The notes below the pieces were generated by a model. That model saw only the letters and a program-made list of their open reading frames with translations. It had not been told where the DNA came from and did no database searches. DNA of 64,000 nt from an uncultured Thermoplasmata archaeon. Its GTDB lineage: Archaea > Thermoplasmatota > Thermoplasmata > UBA10834. This document shows, one piece after another, positions 1 through 9,534 of the stretch (position 1 is the first letter of the stretch; each line of letters starts with the position of its first letter). The stretch spans positions 224,001 to 288,000 of the forward strand of contig CAVRDX010000004.1 of NCBI GenBank assembly GCA_963719945.1, written 5' to 3'. The position numbers and the translations under genes were made by a program.

Positions 1-184
1 CCTTCGTCTTGGGATCGACGGTGAGTGTGATTGGCACTTTCATGCCTGCGAAAGCCTTCGTCTTCTCGTTGATTGCGTTTACTACCTGTATCACGTTGAC
101 TCCCATTGGACCGAGCGCCGGACCAAGTGGTGGTCCAGGTGTTGCTTTTCCCCCGTCCACTAGGACTTCGAGTTTCTCTGCCAT
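1..184 (-). CDS. rpl11: 50S ribosomal protein L11 (5' part; runs off the window edge)
   Basis: Manual translation from ATG at 184: [30 protein letters not shown]..., the L11 N-terminal signature. Follows spt5 as in archaeal operons. Confidence 0.95.
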   Translation of the reverse strand, partial: MAEKLEVLVDGGKATPGPPLGPALGPMGVNVIQVVNAINEKTKAFAGMKVPITLTVDPKTK

Positions 185-189
185 TGAGC

Positions 190-1107
190 TCACTTCTCCT
201 TTTCAAGAACTCGGACGTGGTCTCCCCGTATCGTCACCGGGATCGGGACCATCGCCTCGAATAGTTCGACTGTTATCTCTTCCTTGTTCTGATCGATCTG
301 CTGGACCCTGGCCTTCTCACCCTTGAACGGTCCAGCTATGAGTTCGACTATGTCTCCCTCGACTATGCCGGCCACGATCGGCTTCGGCGTCAGGAAGTGC
401 TCGATCTCGGCGAAGGTGGTCTCTCCCTTGACCATGCCTCTCGTACGCCTTACTCCCTTCACCACTTCCCTGAGGGCGTCCGTGTTCATCGCCTCGACGA
501 AGACGTAGCCCCGGATAGTCGCCGGCGACAGGATCGCGAACACTCCCATCGGCTTCGGTTTCGCTCTGCTGGCGATGGAGTCTGCGACCGTCTTCTCGTG
601 ACCTATGGATGTCTTGACTGCCAGGATCGACTGTCTGGCCGTGGCCTGAATCGTGACGACGTCGTTGACGCCAGGATCGTCCTTCAGAGCCGCGCTGATC
701 AGCACGGTCACCTTGTCTCCGAACCTAGCACCAGAAGGCGAGTTGATCCTCAGGGTGAAGTTCTTCTCCTCGCCAGGCATGATGTCGAAAGAGGCTTCGT
801 TGGTCTGATCGGCCGTTGGCGTGTTCTCCCAGACAACACCCACCGCGTCGTAGAGTTTGACGAACCATTCCGGTGAGCCTTCCTCGGTCGCGGAGAAGAC
901 AGTATCGATCTTCAAAGAAACCGAATGAGTCTGCCCGTCGTCCATGATTTTCAGGTTCATCTCGCACTCGGTCGAATCGCCCGATGGGACCGACCTCTTG
1001 GTCTCCCCTTGGATGACGAACTGCAGATTCTTCGAGCCAGATGGTGCAGGGCGGTGCTCCTCCTTCTTCGGCTCCTGCTTTTTTGGATTTACATCAAACA
1101 ATCCCAA
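190..1107 (-). CDS. spt5: Transcription elongation factor Spt5/NusG with long N-terminal extension
   Basis: C-terminal half has NGN ([10 protein letters not shown]...GYVFVEA) and KOW ([18 protein letters not shown]) motifs. Likely TTG start at 1107 after GAGGG; lies between secE and rpl11. Confidence 0.93.
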   Translation of the reverse strand: MGLFDVNPKKQEPKKEEHRPAPSGSKNLQFVIQGETKRSVPSGDSTECEMNLKIMDDGQTHSVSLKIDTVFSATEEGSPEWFVKLYDAVGVVWENTPTADQTNEASFDIMPGEEKNFTLRINSPSGARFGDKVTVLISAALKDDPGVNDVVTIQATARQSILAVKTSIGHEKTVADSIASRAKPKPMGVFAILSPATIRGYVFVEAMNTDALREVVKGVRRTRGMVKGETTFAEIEHFLTPKPIVAGIVEGDIVELIAGPFKGEKARVQQIDQNKEEITVELFEAMVPIPVTIRGDHVRVLEKEK

Positions 1108-1141
1108 AATAATCCCTCGTATCTCATAGTGTGCTGAAACC

Positions 1142-1381
1142 TCAGCTGAACGCCTTGACAATCATATCGGAACCGTATTCGAATATCCAATAGATCAGGA
1201 ACCCCAGCCCTCCGATCAGTACCAGTCCTATGGCGACTGTCTGAGTGACCTTGATGTACTCCTCACCTGTCGGCTTGCGCGCCATCTTCAGCACTCTGCC
1301 GTACTTGCCCTTTCCGACATGCTTGGTCTTCTCCTCGATCTTCCTCTGAAGATCCCAGGATTTGTCAACTATGTCTGCCAT
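1142..1381 (-). CDS. secE: Protein translocase subunit SecE/Sec61-gamma
   Basis: KYGRVLKMARKPTGEEY motif plus one TM helix; ftsZ-secE-spt5 synteny. Confidence 0.95.
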   Translation of the reverse strand: MADIVDKSWDLQRKIEEKTKHVGKGKYGRVLKMARKPTGEEYIKVTQTVAIGLVLIGGLGFLIYWIFEYGSDMIVKAFS

Positions 1382-1403
1382 CTTGTTCCTATCCTATTCA
1401 CAT

Positions 1404-2507
1404 CTACTTGATGAAATCCAGCCCCATCGCCTCGTTCTTCCTGTTCTTCTTGGGGCCCAGGATGTGCCTGGATTTCACTCCGGTTATGACGACCATGACC
1501 CTCACAGTCCTTTCGAGGGTCTCATCGATGGCCGCACCCCAGATGATCCTCGCACCCGGGCTGATCTTAGATTGGATGACTTCGGCGACCTGTTCGGCCT
1601 CGCTCACGGTCATGTCGGAGCCTCCCGTGACATTGACGAGCGCTGCGGTCGCTTCTGATATGTCCAGCTCTATCAACGGTGAGTTGATTGCTTCGGTGAC
1701 CGCTGCCACAGCCCTGTCGTCGTCGTCCGACTCGCCCAGTCCTATCATGGCGACTCCGCCAGCCTTCATGACGGTCTTGATATCGTTGAAATCCAGGTTT
1801 ACCAGTCCGGGTTTTGTGACTATTTCCGTGATGCCCTTTATGGACCTCATCAGGACCTCGTCCGCTACCTTGAACGCCGCGTTGAGGGATAGCTTGGGGA
1901 CGATCTCCAGTAGCTTGTCGTTAGGTATCACAATGACTGTGTCCGCGACGCTCCTGAGCCTGTCCAATCCCCATTCCGCATTCTCGGCCCTTATCGAGCC
2001 TTCCGCCTGGAACGGGTATGTGCATATTGCGATCGTGAGCGCTCCGCACTCCTTCGCCACCTGAGCGACGAACGGTGCAGAACCGGTCCCGGTACCGCCA
2101 CCGAGTCCGCATGTGATGAATACTATATCAGCTCCGACGACGGATTTCTTGATCTCTTCCTCCGCCTCCCTGGCAGCCTCCTCGCCGACCTGCGGCAAGG
2201 CGCCCGCCCCGAGCCCTCTGGTGACACGCCTTCCGAGGAGTATCTTGTGTGGTGCGCGCGTCATCAGGAGGTGCTGAGCGTCTGTGTTAGCAGCGTACAG
2301 TTCAGCTCCGATGATGCCCGCCTCGGCAAGCCTGTTTATCGTGTTGGAGCCGCCGCCACCGCAGCCGAAGATCCTGATTGTGGTCTTCAGACCTTGCAGT
2401 ATCTTCTGCAACTCCTCATCTTCCGCCGTGAAGGATTGGAAACCTTCCGGTCTCTTCATCTGATTTTCTTCAATTGCTATGAGGGCACTGTCGACGAGGG
2501 ACTTCAT
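1404..2507 (-). CDS. ftsZ: Cell division protein FtsZ (FtsZ1-type, copy A)
   Basis: [15 protein letters not shown] and NLDFND motifs; C-terminal GLDFIK. ATG at 2507 follows GGAGG. Confidence 0.96.
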   Translation of the reverse strand: MKSLVDSALIAIEENQMKRPEGFQSFTAEDEELQKILQGLKTTIRIFGCGGGGSNTINRLAEAGIIGAELYAANTDAQHLLMTRAPHKILLGRRVTRGLGAGALPQVGEEAAREAEEEIKKSVVGADIVFITCGLGGGTGTGSAPFVAQVAKECGALTIAICTYPFQAEGSIRAENAEWGLDRLRSVADTVIVIPNDKLLEIVPKLSLNAAFKVADEVLMRSIKGITEIVTKPGLVNLDFNDIKTVMKAGGVAMIGLGESDDDDRAVAAVTEAINSPLIELDISEATAALVNVTGGSDMTVSEAEQVAEVIQSKISPGARIIWGAAIDETLERTVRVMVVITGVKSRHILGPKKNRKNEAMGLDFIK

Positions 2508-2603
2508 CTCGGGCCTCCGTGGCATTGTACACGTATAGTGAACGTGACAAAGTGGCAACGGCGAGCCAAGCTCACCGGTTGAGTGGACCGTAGCTGATTG
2601 GGT

Positions 2604-2619
2604 ATCTTAAACGTTTCGG
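2604..2619 (-). promoter_or_regulatory. BRE/TATA promoter between the two ftsZ copies
   Basis: Minus strand reads CGAAAC-GTTTAAGAT, upstream of ftsZ copy A. Confidence 0.55.
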
Positions 2620-2634
2620 AGATATTTTGGGGCG

Positions 2635-3756
2635 TCAGCGGACCAAATCCACCTCGCCGATGCCCTTGTATCTCTTCTCCGTCGGCTTCCCGAGTATCTG
2701 AGCCGACTTGACTCCCGTAGCAACTATCATGACCCGGACGGTCTTGTCCAAGGCAGGGTCCACCGCCGCTCCCCATATTATGCGGGCGTTCGGTCCCACA
2801 CGCGCCTGTATCTCTTCCGCGGCGCGCTCCGCCTCTGATATCGTCATGTCCGTTCCACCTATGACATCGATTAGCACGCCATTGGCCTCGCTTATGTCGA
2901 CATCGAGGAGCGGTGAGTTGATCGCTTGTTCTATCGCTTCCATGATCCTATCGTCGCCGGGGGCATCCGATTCTCCGAGCCCGATCATTGCGACTCCGGC
3001 ACCCTTCATTATGGTCTTGACATCGTTGAAGTCGAGGTTCACCAGACCCGGTCTCGTTATGACCTCGGTGAGTCCCTTTATGGATCTCATCAAAACCTCA
3101 TCTGCTACCTTGAACGCCGCGTTGAGTGAGAGTCTCGGGACGACCTCGAGCAGTTTGTCGTTGGGTATTACAATGACGGTGTCAGCGGCATCCCTGAGCT
3201 TGTCCAGCCCCCATTCCGCGTTCTCCATCCTCATCTTGCCTTCTCCCTTGAACGGGAGCGTGGCGACAGCGATGGTGAGTGCACCCATCTCCTTGGCCAT
3301 GCGCGCGACGACGGATGCCGCGCCCGTCCCGGTACCGCCACCGAGACCGCAGGTGATGAAGCAGATGTGAGTGTCGGTGAGGATCTTCTTGAGCTCGTCC
3401 TCCGCCTCTCTCGCAGCCTCTTCACCTATCTGTGGGAGTGCACCTGCACCCAAGCCCCTCGTGACCCTGCGGCCCAAGAGGATCTTATGAGGTACCCTGA
3501 GAACGAGGAGATGTTGAGCATCCGTGTTGGCTGCGTACAGCTCCGCACCTATGATACCTTCATCATGAATCCTTGCAACAGTGTTGGTTCCACCTCCACC
3601 AACACCTATGATCTTGATGTTTGTCTTGAGACTCCGCAATATCTGCTCGAGCTCTGCGTCCACTCTTTGATCCTGACCCAGCATCCCCGCTTCGGCGATA
3701 CCAGTCCCAGGGCTTGCCTCTCTTGCGATTGCGTCTTCGACGAGTGATCTCATCAT
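2635..3756 (-). CDS. ftsZ: Cell division protein FtsZ (FtsZ1-type, copy B)
   Basis: [15 protein letters not shown] and NLDFND motifs; GGGGTGA ribosome-binding site upstream. Confidence 0.96.
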   Translation of the reverse strand: MMRSLVEDAIAREASPGTGIAEAGMLGQDQRVDAELEQILRSLKTNIKIIGVGGGGTNTVARIHDEGIIGAELYAANTDAQHLLVLRVPHKILLGRRVTRGLGAGALPQIGEEAAREAEDELKKILTDTHICFITCGLGGGTGTGAASVVARMAKEMGALTIAVATLPFKGEGKMRMENAEWGLDKLRDAADTVIVIPNDKLLEVVPRLSLNAAFKVADEVLMRSIKGLTEVITRPGLVNLDFNDVKTIMKGAGVAMIGLGESDAPGDDRIMEAIEQAINSPLLDVDISEANGVLIDVIGGTDMTISEAERAAEEIQARVGPNARIIWGAAVDPALDKTVRVMIVATGVKSAQILGKPTEKRYKGIGEVDLVR

Positions 3757-3856
3757 GTTGTTTCACCCCTATCAGAGGCGACAGCGTCTGTCTCGCTACG
3801 CCACTGGCTAGTGCATCCCACGCGCGCGTCGCGTACGTGATAAAATCGCGATGTGA

Positions 3857-3873
3857 GTATAAAAAATGTTCGC
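3857..3873 (-). promoter_or_regulatory. BRE/TATA promoter of ftsZ copy B
   Basis: Minus strand reads GCGAACA-TTTTTTATAC. Confidence 0.55.
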
Positions 3874-3963
3874 AAACTGATAGATGACCACAAGTGCCGA
3901 CGATTCTCTCGCGGAGGTATATCGCGCGCAATCTTTTTCCAGAGATACATAGATTTGATTTAA

Positions 3964-4239
3964 GTGAAGATACGCGCACACGTCGTTTTCGAAGGGCTCG
4001 TGCAGGGAGTGTTCTTCCGAGCGAACGCTCAGATATGCGCTCGACGCCACGGATTGACTGGATGGGTCAGGAACTTGTCCGATGGGAGGGTGGAGGCAGT
4101 GTTCGAGGGCGATGAGGGATCGGTCGATTCGGCGATAGAGTGGTGCTCCAACAGGCAGCCGCACGCGAAGGTTGAGCGGAGCACGGTCGACAAGTCAGAA
4201 CCGACCGGTGAGTACGGTGATTTCTCGATCACGCATTGA
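3964..4239 (+). CDS. acyP: Acylphosphatase
   Basis: GLVQGVFFR and GWVRNLSDGRVE signatures. Confidence 0.95.
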   Translation: MKIRAHVVFEGLVQGVFFRANAQICARRHGLTGWVRNLSDGRVEAVFEGDEGSVDSAIEWCSNRQPHAKVERSTVDKSEPTGEYGDFSITH

Positions 4240-4245
4240 ACCGGA

Positions 4246-5433
4246 TCACTTGACGATGATTATCGATGCGAGCGCGACCGCGGCGACGGTCATGCAGATC
4301 GAGGGGTCGGCCCCGACCAATAGCACTGCGATCAGGATCGCAATCCCGACACATTTGCCCGCGCTCAGATAGAATTCCCGGAGGAGCACACCCTTCTTCT
4401 TGAAACGCTCCAGCTTGTCGACCAGCATCGTGAATAGGAACGATGGTATCATGGCGATCCAGAAGTACGCCAAGCTCATGGCTGACAGGTACTCTCCGGG
4501 CCCGTTCGAGTAAGCAGCGTACAATGTGCTTATGGCTCCGAATGCCGCTCCTATCCTGACGATCGAAGTCCTGTCCTTCAGACGGTCCGACAGATAACCT
4601 AGCACTACGGTGGTCACCGCTCCCCAGAATGCAAACAGGGCGAGATAGCCGCTGAGAGTCACCTCGGATTTCGCGAACTCGAAGCTGATGAGCGGTACAA
4701 GCACCCAGAATATCCCGTCCTGTATCCCCTCGGCGAAGAGGGATGATTTGAGCCTCCAGCTCACCCCTTTCATGTCAAGGTCCACGTGCAGTTTCCCCAC
4801 CAAGTTGACCTTCATCGACTGGAGCAGTTCAGGTATGATGATCCGTTGCCTCAGCTCTGTGAATACGCCGAAGCCGGATATGTAGACCAAGTTGCAGATT
4901 ACGATGACCGCGGCAATGGCGAAGAGGACCTGGTACGAGCTGATCCCTATGATGAGTCCACCCGCGAGCGGAGCCGTGGTCGACACCAGCGGGAATATGA
5001 GGAAATATGCGCCCACTCCCGCACCTCTCTTCTTCCTCGAAGTTATGTGCATTATGAGCGCGTTGTAGGGTACCCAGAATGTGGCCATGTATGTCCCGAA
5101 GAAGATCGGTGGTATGAGTATCAGGTACCATCCTTCCAGGAACATTAGTAATATGTAGTATACGACGAGACAAACGAGCGCGGTCTCGATGGATGCAGGG
5201 AAACTGCGCATTATCGGTCTTGCCGCGAACGCTATCAAAGCGGTCGTCATGACCACGCTGACGAGGATGAACAGGGCGCATTGCTGATAGTCTGCCCCGC
5301 TCTTGTAGAGGTATATCAGGGCGAAGGCATTCGCCATCGTGTTGGATATGGCCACGAGAGTCTGCAGGATGATGAGCGAGCCATGCCTGTGAGACATCTC
5401 CAGGATGTAGTGTTTGAATTGAGAGCCCTGCAT
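4246..5433 (-). CDS. MFS transporter
   Basis: About 12 hydrophobic segments and a GYLSDRLKDR MFS motif-A-like loop; ATG at 5433 after AGGTGA. Confidence 0.8.
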   Translation of the reverse strand: MQGSQFKHYILEMSHRHGSLIILQTLVAISNTMANAFALIYLYKSGADYQQCALFILVSVVMTTALIAFAARPIMRSFPASIETALVCLVVYYILLMFLEGWYLILIPPIFFGTYMATFWVPYNALIMHITSRKKRGAGVGAYFLIFPLVSTTAPLAGGLIIGISSYQVLFAIAAVIVICNLVYISGFGVFTELRQRIIIPELLQSMKVNLVGKLHVDLDMKGVSWRLKSSLFAEGIQDGIFWVLVPLISFEFAKSEVTLSGYLALFAFWGAVTTVVLGYLSDRLKDRTSIVRIGAAFGAISTLYAAYSNGPGEYLSAMSLAYFWIAMIPSFLFTMLVDKLERFKKKGVLLREFYLSAGKCVGIAILIAVLLVGADPSICMTVAAVALASIIIVK

Positions 5434-5511
5434 GATATCACCTATCTCTCCGCCGACTGCCAATCGGTATCTGCCGCATGCTCAAATCAGTCTTTCTATC
5501 GCGACCCAACA

Positions 5512-6354
5512 TCACGCGAACGCTTTGCCATATACCTTGCGAGGGACATCGTTGTGTATCCGATGGGCCGCCTCCTCGCTCATGATCCCCTTATCCATGA
5601 GAGCCTTCGTCCGCTTGGGCACCGTTCCGATCGCAAGGACTGCGCCTGGTCGTGACGAGTCGTCCAAGAAGTCCGTCTCGAGCATGAACCGATCTCCCTT
5701 TGACAACGCCACCTGGACCGCAGATTTCCCTGCAAGCACCGAGGGTACGAGTCCGAAGTTCTCGTCCTCCTGGATCAGGGGAGGCGAATAGTGCTTCACG
5801 ACTCTGCCTGGTTCAAGGCCGACCGATTCCGCCATCTGGGCCAGCTCCTTCATGGATTCCGGGGTCGCTCCTTCCGTATGGAGTACGATCGCGCAGCCTG
5901 TGCGCCTAGCCAGCTGCATCCCATGGCGCAGGATATCGTTCGAGGCGTTCCAGACATCCGTGTCAACCGGGAAATGTGGTCGTCCAACCTCGCCTATCGC
6001 GAGGGCTTTTCCGTCGGCCACATATTCAGCGGCTATCTCCATGCCTTCCATCATGATCTGCTTGGCCGTCTCAAGCCCATATCTCCTCTGGAAACCAAGA
6101 AGCTCCACGGGATAGGGTCCGACCGTAGCGTACGCATGCAGCGAAGTCTCTTTGTTGACCCTGTCCTTGACGTTCACGGTCACATCGAAGGCGGTCCTGA
6201 AATCATCCGCCTTTGACACCTTGATGTGATCGTATGGAAGATGCGAGATTATCAGATGAGTGCCGCCGAGCTTCTCGAACTCCTTTGCCGAATCCACATT
6301 CCTTCCTTTGATAGGCTCCAAATGGACGTGGTTATCGAGTATTGGTATGGCCAT
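5512..6354 (-). CDS. TatD-family metal-dependent hydrolase (archaeal type)
   Basis: DNHVH, AIGEVGRPHF, LHTE, KHY and LETDF motifs. Confidence 0.9.
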   Translation of the reverse strand: MAIPILDNHVHLEPIKGRNVDSAKEFEKLGGTHLIISHLPYDHIKVSKADDFRTAFDVTVNVKDRVNKETSLHAYATVGPYPVELLGFQRRYGLETAKQIMMEGMEIAAEYVADGKALAIGEVGRPHFPVDTDVWNASNDILRHGMQLARRTGCAIVLHTEGATPESMKELAQMAESVGLEPGRVVKHYSPPLIQEDENFGLVPSVLAGKSAVQVALSKGDRFMLETDFLDDSSRPGAVLAIGTVPKRTKALMDKGIMSEEAAHRIHNDVPRKVYGKAFA

Positions 6355-6369
6355 AGTGTCTGCTCTCGG

Positions 6370-6495
6370 TCACTTGAAGAGTCCCGCAGATTTCAATTCT
6401 TCTGTTATCTTTTCGACAGCGGCTTCGACACCCTCAGGCTTCCTTGCCCCAGTGCAGATGAACTTGCCGCTTATGAAACGGGGTGTAGCTGTCTT
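6370..6495 (-). pseudogene. tbp: Remnant of a TATA-box-binding protein (C-terminal ~41 codons only)
   Basis: KTATPRFISGKFICTGARKPEGVEAAVEKITEELKSAGLFK* matches the end of a TBP repeat (LLFxSGKxVCTGAK/R...AVEKIxEEL). No recognisable TBP N-terminal portion upstream. Confidence 0.75.
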
Positions 6496-6724
6496 TCGCG
6501 ACGATATCTGGCCTTCGTATCGTCTTTTGTCGGACCATGGGTCAGTTTGCGCACCCCATCGTGCCATGCTCAAGCCTTTTTGTTGGTGGTCCATCTTCGA
6601 CCGCGACGGGATCGCTGCTCATAGTCCTCGGGTCCATGCAACTTATTTATCAGCACACTCCGTTCCCATTCCCTGCAGTTGGCCAGTCTAGCCTGCTGCG
6701 TTCGGGCATCAGAGGTGTTCGTGG

Positions 6725-8377
6725 ATGGGAGATATCGATGCATCGCCAAGTGGTCCGGGTGTATTCCTCAGAGCGACCACTGGCATGGTCAGGGAGATGA
6801 AATGGCACGATGCCCTTTTCATCAACCTGCTCAACATGAGTCTAGGGGTTGGCGCAGCGTTTGTCATATTCCTAGGTCCAGGAATATTCCCGGGAGCTAA
6901 TGTCACACTTGGCCTGGTTCTGTGCGCGATTGGCTGCTTCTTCGGGATGTACTGTTTCTCGGCACTCACGGCTGCAATGCCACGTAGTGGAGGCGACTAT
7001 GTCTTCGTCAGCAGAGTCCTCCATCCATCAATCGGGTTCGGCTCCAGCTGGATGTGGGTCTTCTGGAACGTCGTCTGGTGCGCCATCCTCGGAACTTGGG
7101 TCGTGACTTGGGGCCTCAGGGACCTCTTCGGGATGCTGGGGGTCGTGAACAACGACCCGAATCTGCTCGACTGGGCCGACCGGTTGAGCCAGCCGGACCA
7201 TCCGATCACCTTCACGCTCACAGCCATGGTCGTCATACTATCCGGCGTGATGTTGGCGCTGGGGACCAAGTTATACCTGAGGGTGCAGGCAGTCTGTGCG
7301 ATAATCGGCCTCATCATGCTGGTCGTGGTCGCGGCCATCTTCCTCACGACCTCAAATCAGGAATTCTCATCGACCTGGGACCAATACGCGACCGGTCAGG
7401 GCGCTGCGGACTACAGTGAGACAGTGGCGGATGCCGCCTATGATTCCCCGTGGTACAATTACAGCGACTGGCAATTGACACTTGCCATCCTGCCAATAGG
7501 GTTATGGTCCCTCGCATATCCGTACTTCACGTCGTTCGTGGGCGGCGAGCTGAAGACTCCGAGAAGGACCGCATTGATCGGCAACATGGGCGCGTTGGTC
7601 ATCGGCGCGGCGTTCATCATCGGACTATGGTCGATAGTCACGAATACTCTGGGAGATACTTTCATACAGGGCACCTATGTACAGTTCTACGAATATGGCG
7701 CGACGAGCTATGGGATGCCCAGCGTATGGTTCGACTTCCATGCCGGCATCGCTTCGAAGAGCAGCGCAGCGGTCTATGTCATAGGTGTAGGTATGGTCGC
7801 ATGGCTGCTCATGTACCCGGCTCTGGCCTGTATCGGCCAGACAAGGGCCGCATTGGCATGGTCCATGGATAGGATAGTGCCGTCGTGGTTCGGGAAGGTT
7901 AGCGATAGATGGAATTCGCCCGTGAACGCGATCGTCTTCTTCACGATAATCAACATGATATACCTGGCATTCTACGCGAGATTCTCCGACTACCAGAGCG
8001 GCTTCACGGCAGTTCTCGGCCAAGCGCTCGCGACATTCACGCTCGTCGGTTTCGCTGCCATTCTCCTGCCATACAGGAAGAAGACAAAGAAGATCTACGA
8101 ATCCTCAGGGATGAATCACAAGATATTCGGAGTGCCGTTGATCACAATCTCTGGCATAATCTGGGTCGCATTCCTTTCGGTGAGCATCTGGTACTTCATG
8201 GTCGACCCCAACCTCGGAGCGACGGATTATTGGAGTCCAGTGACCAGATATTTCTCGCTCTATCTCACAGTGGCGATATTCTGTGCGGGGTTCGCGCTGT
8301 ACTGGGTGTCGAGATGGTATCGGAAGAAACATGGCGTGAACATCGACCTCGCCTTCGAACAGCTCCCGCCGGAGTGA
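6725..8377 (+). CDS. APC-superfamily amino acid/polyamine permease
   Basis: FLRATTGMVRE start, AMPRSGGDYVFVSR, GELKTPRR and AFEQLPPE end; about 12 TM segments. Confidence 0.92.
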   Translation: MGDIDASPSGPGVFLRATTGMVREMKWHDALFINLLNMSLGVGAAFVIFLGPGIFPGANVTLGLVLCAIGCFFGMYCFSALTAAMPRSGGDYVFVSRVLHPSIGFGSSWMWVFWNVVWCAILGTWVVTWGLRDLFGMLGVVNNDPNLLDWADRLSQPDHPITFTLTAMVVILSGVMLALGTKLYLRVQAVCAIIGLIMLVVVAAIFLTTSNQEFSSTWDQYATGQGAADYSETVADAAYDSPWYNYSDWQLTLAILPIGLWSLAYPYFTSFVGGELKTPRRTALIGNMGALVIGAAFIIGLWSIVTNTLGDTFIQGTYVQFYEYGATSYGMPSVWFDFHAGIASKSSAAVYVIGVGMVAWLLMYPALACIGQTRAALAWSMDRIVPSWFGKVSDRWNSPVNAIVFFTIINMIYLAFYARFSDYQSGFTAVLGQALATFTLVGFAAILLPYRKKTKKIYESSGMNHKIFGVPLITISGIIWVAFLSVSIWYFMVDPNLGATDYWSPVTRYFSLYLTVAIFCAGFALYWVSRWYRKKHGVNIDLAFEQLPPE

Positions 8378-8409
8378 GGCTCGCTCCTCATTCGATCGCG
8401 ACGAACGGT

Positions 8410-9462
8410 CTAGTATAGTCTGGCGTATCGTTTCAGGATGGCCACCGCTATGATGGTTATCCACTGGTCCTTCTCGGGGTTCGGTCTATCGGACACATGC
8501 CAGAAGCCGTCCTTGGATCTTGCCGAAATGAGCCATTTCATGGGTCTTTCGAGGCGTTCATCCTCGGGACCGTAGCCTATCCAGGTCAGCATGTTCAGGA
8601 CCGAAAGCCCGCTCCCGAGGTATGTGGGATATTTCAGTATGGTCCAGTTCTTTTCGGACTGGTAGAACGATGGGTGATGGTTCCGTTTGAAGAATCGGTC
8701 GAGTATGAAATCCACCCCCTTCTGCACAGCAGCTGTCTTATGTGTCGTGGCGCTGTATGTGAGTCCTCTGATGGCCATCACCGTGCTCCACACACAGCTA
8801 GGGATGTCGCTGTATTCCTTTGGATCATATGGCGGTGCATCTTCCCCCTCGATAAGGTCCAGGAACTTGCGTTTCTTCATGTGACTGTACTTCGGGAGGT
8901 TCCAGACGTCTTGGATGTATGGGATGTTCCAGCCGCCATCCGGACGCTGCACTTTCAGGATCCATCGCATCAATTTTCTGGCTCTCGGATCATCATCCAG
9001 GCCGAACTGCTGCATATTCCTTAGCGCGAAACCGTTGTAATACGGGAGCGGGAAAGCCTTCGTCCACGGTCCCGGGATGTACCCTTCCTTGGCTTGCCAC
9101 CCGAATATCTTCTCGAAAGATTCGCGCACATGCCCTTCCTCGATGACGGTCTTGTAGTCTCCGAGCATGTACTGATTCCTGAGGATCGTCACATAGGTCC
9201 AACCGATCGGAGGTCCAGGCCCTTTCTCCTCCTCGAGCCTCCTCTGTCTGGATATCGGCCAGGTGCCATCATCGTTCTGCGCGTTCAGAAGGCGCAGCTT
9301 CGGCACATACTCGTCGCACTCCCTCCTCGTCTGTCTCAGTATCGAATCATCTTTCGCCTTCTCCATGATCGAGTCGAGAAGCCAGTATTTGACCGGCGGA
9401 GACGATATCTGAAGCAGTTTCCTGGACGAATCTTCGATGATCCCGTTTATCTCAGCGAGCAT
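8410..9462 (-). CDS. Prenyltransferase/squalene-oxidase (QW) repeat protein, paralog 1
   Basis: QNDDGTW, QRPDGGW and RSKDGFW repeats suggest an alpha/alpha toroid; no DxDD cyclase motif. Confidence 0.7.
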   Translation of the reverse strand: MLAEINGIIEDSSRKLLQISSPPVKYWLLDSIMEKAKDDSILRQTRRECDEYVPKLRLLNAQNDDGTWPISRQRRLEEEKGPGPPIGWTYVTILRNQYMLGDYKTVIEEGHVRESFEKIFGWQAKEGYIPGPWTKAFPLPYYNGFALRNMQQFGLDDDPRARKLMRWILKVQRPDGGWNIPYIQDVWNLPKYSHMKKRKFLDLIEGEDAPPYDPKEYSDIPSCVWSTVMAIRGLTYSATTHKTAAVQKGVDFILDRFFKRNHHPSFYQSEKNWTILKYPTYLGSGLSVLNMLTWIGYGPEDERLERPMKWLISARSKDGFWHVSDRPNPEKDQWITIIAVAILKRYARLY

Positions 9463-9534
9463 TTCCTTTGAGCCATGAACATCATACCATCTGATATCTT
9501 TTCGGTCGGTGGTTGACCAGCACGAACTGCCCGC

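Noticed and set aside
6496-6724. Upstream exon or frameshifted 5' half of tbp
   Set aside because: No convincing TBP motifs (NVVAS, YEPEQFPG) in the minus-strand frames and no clear BHB at the junction.
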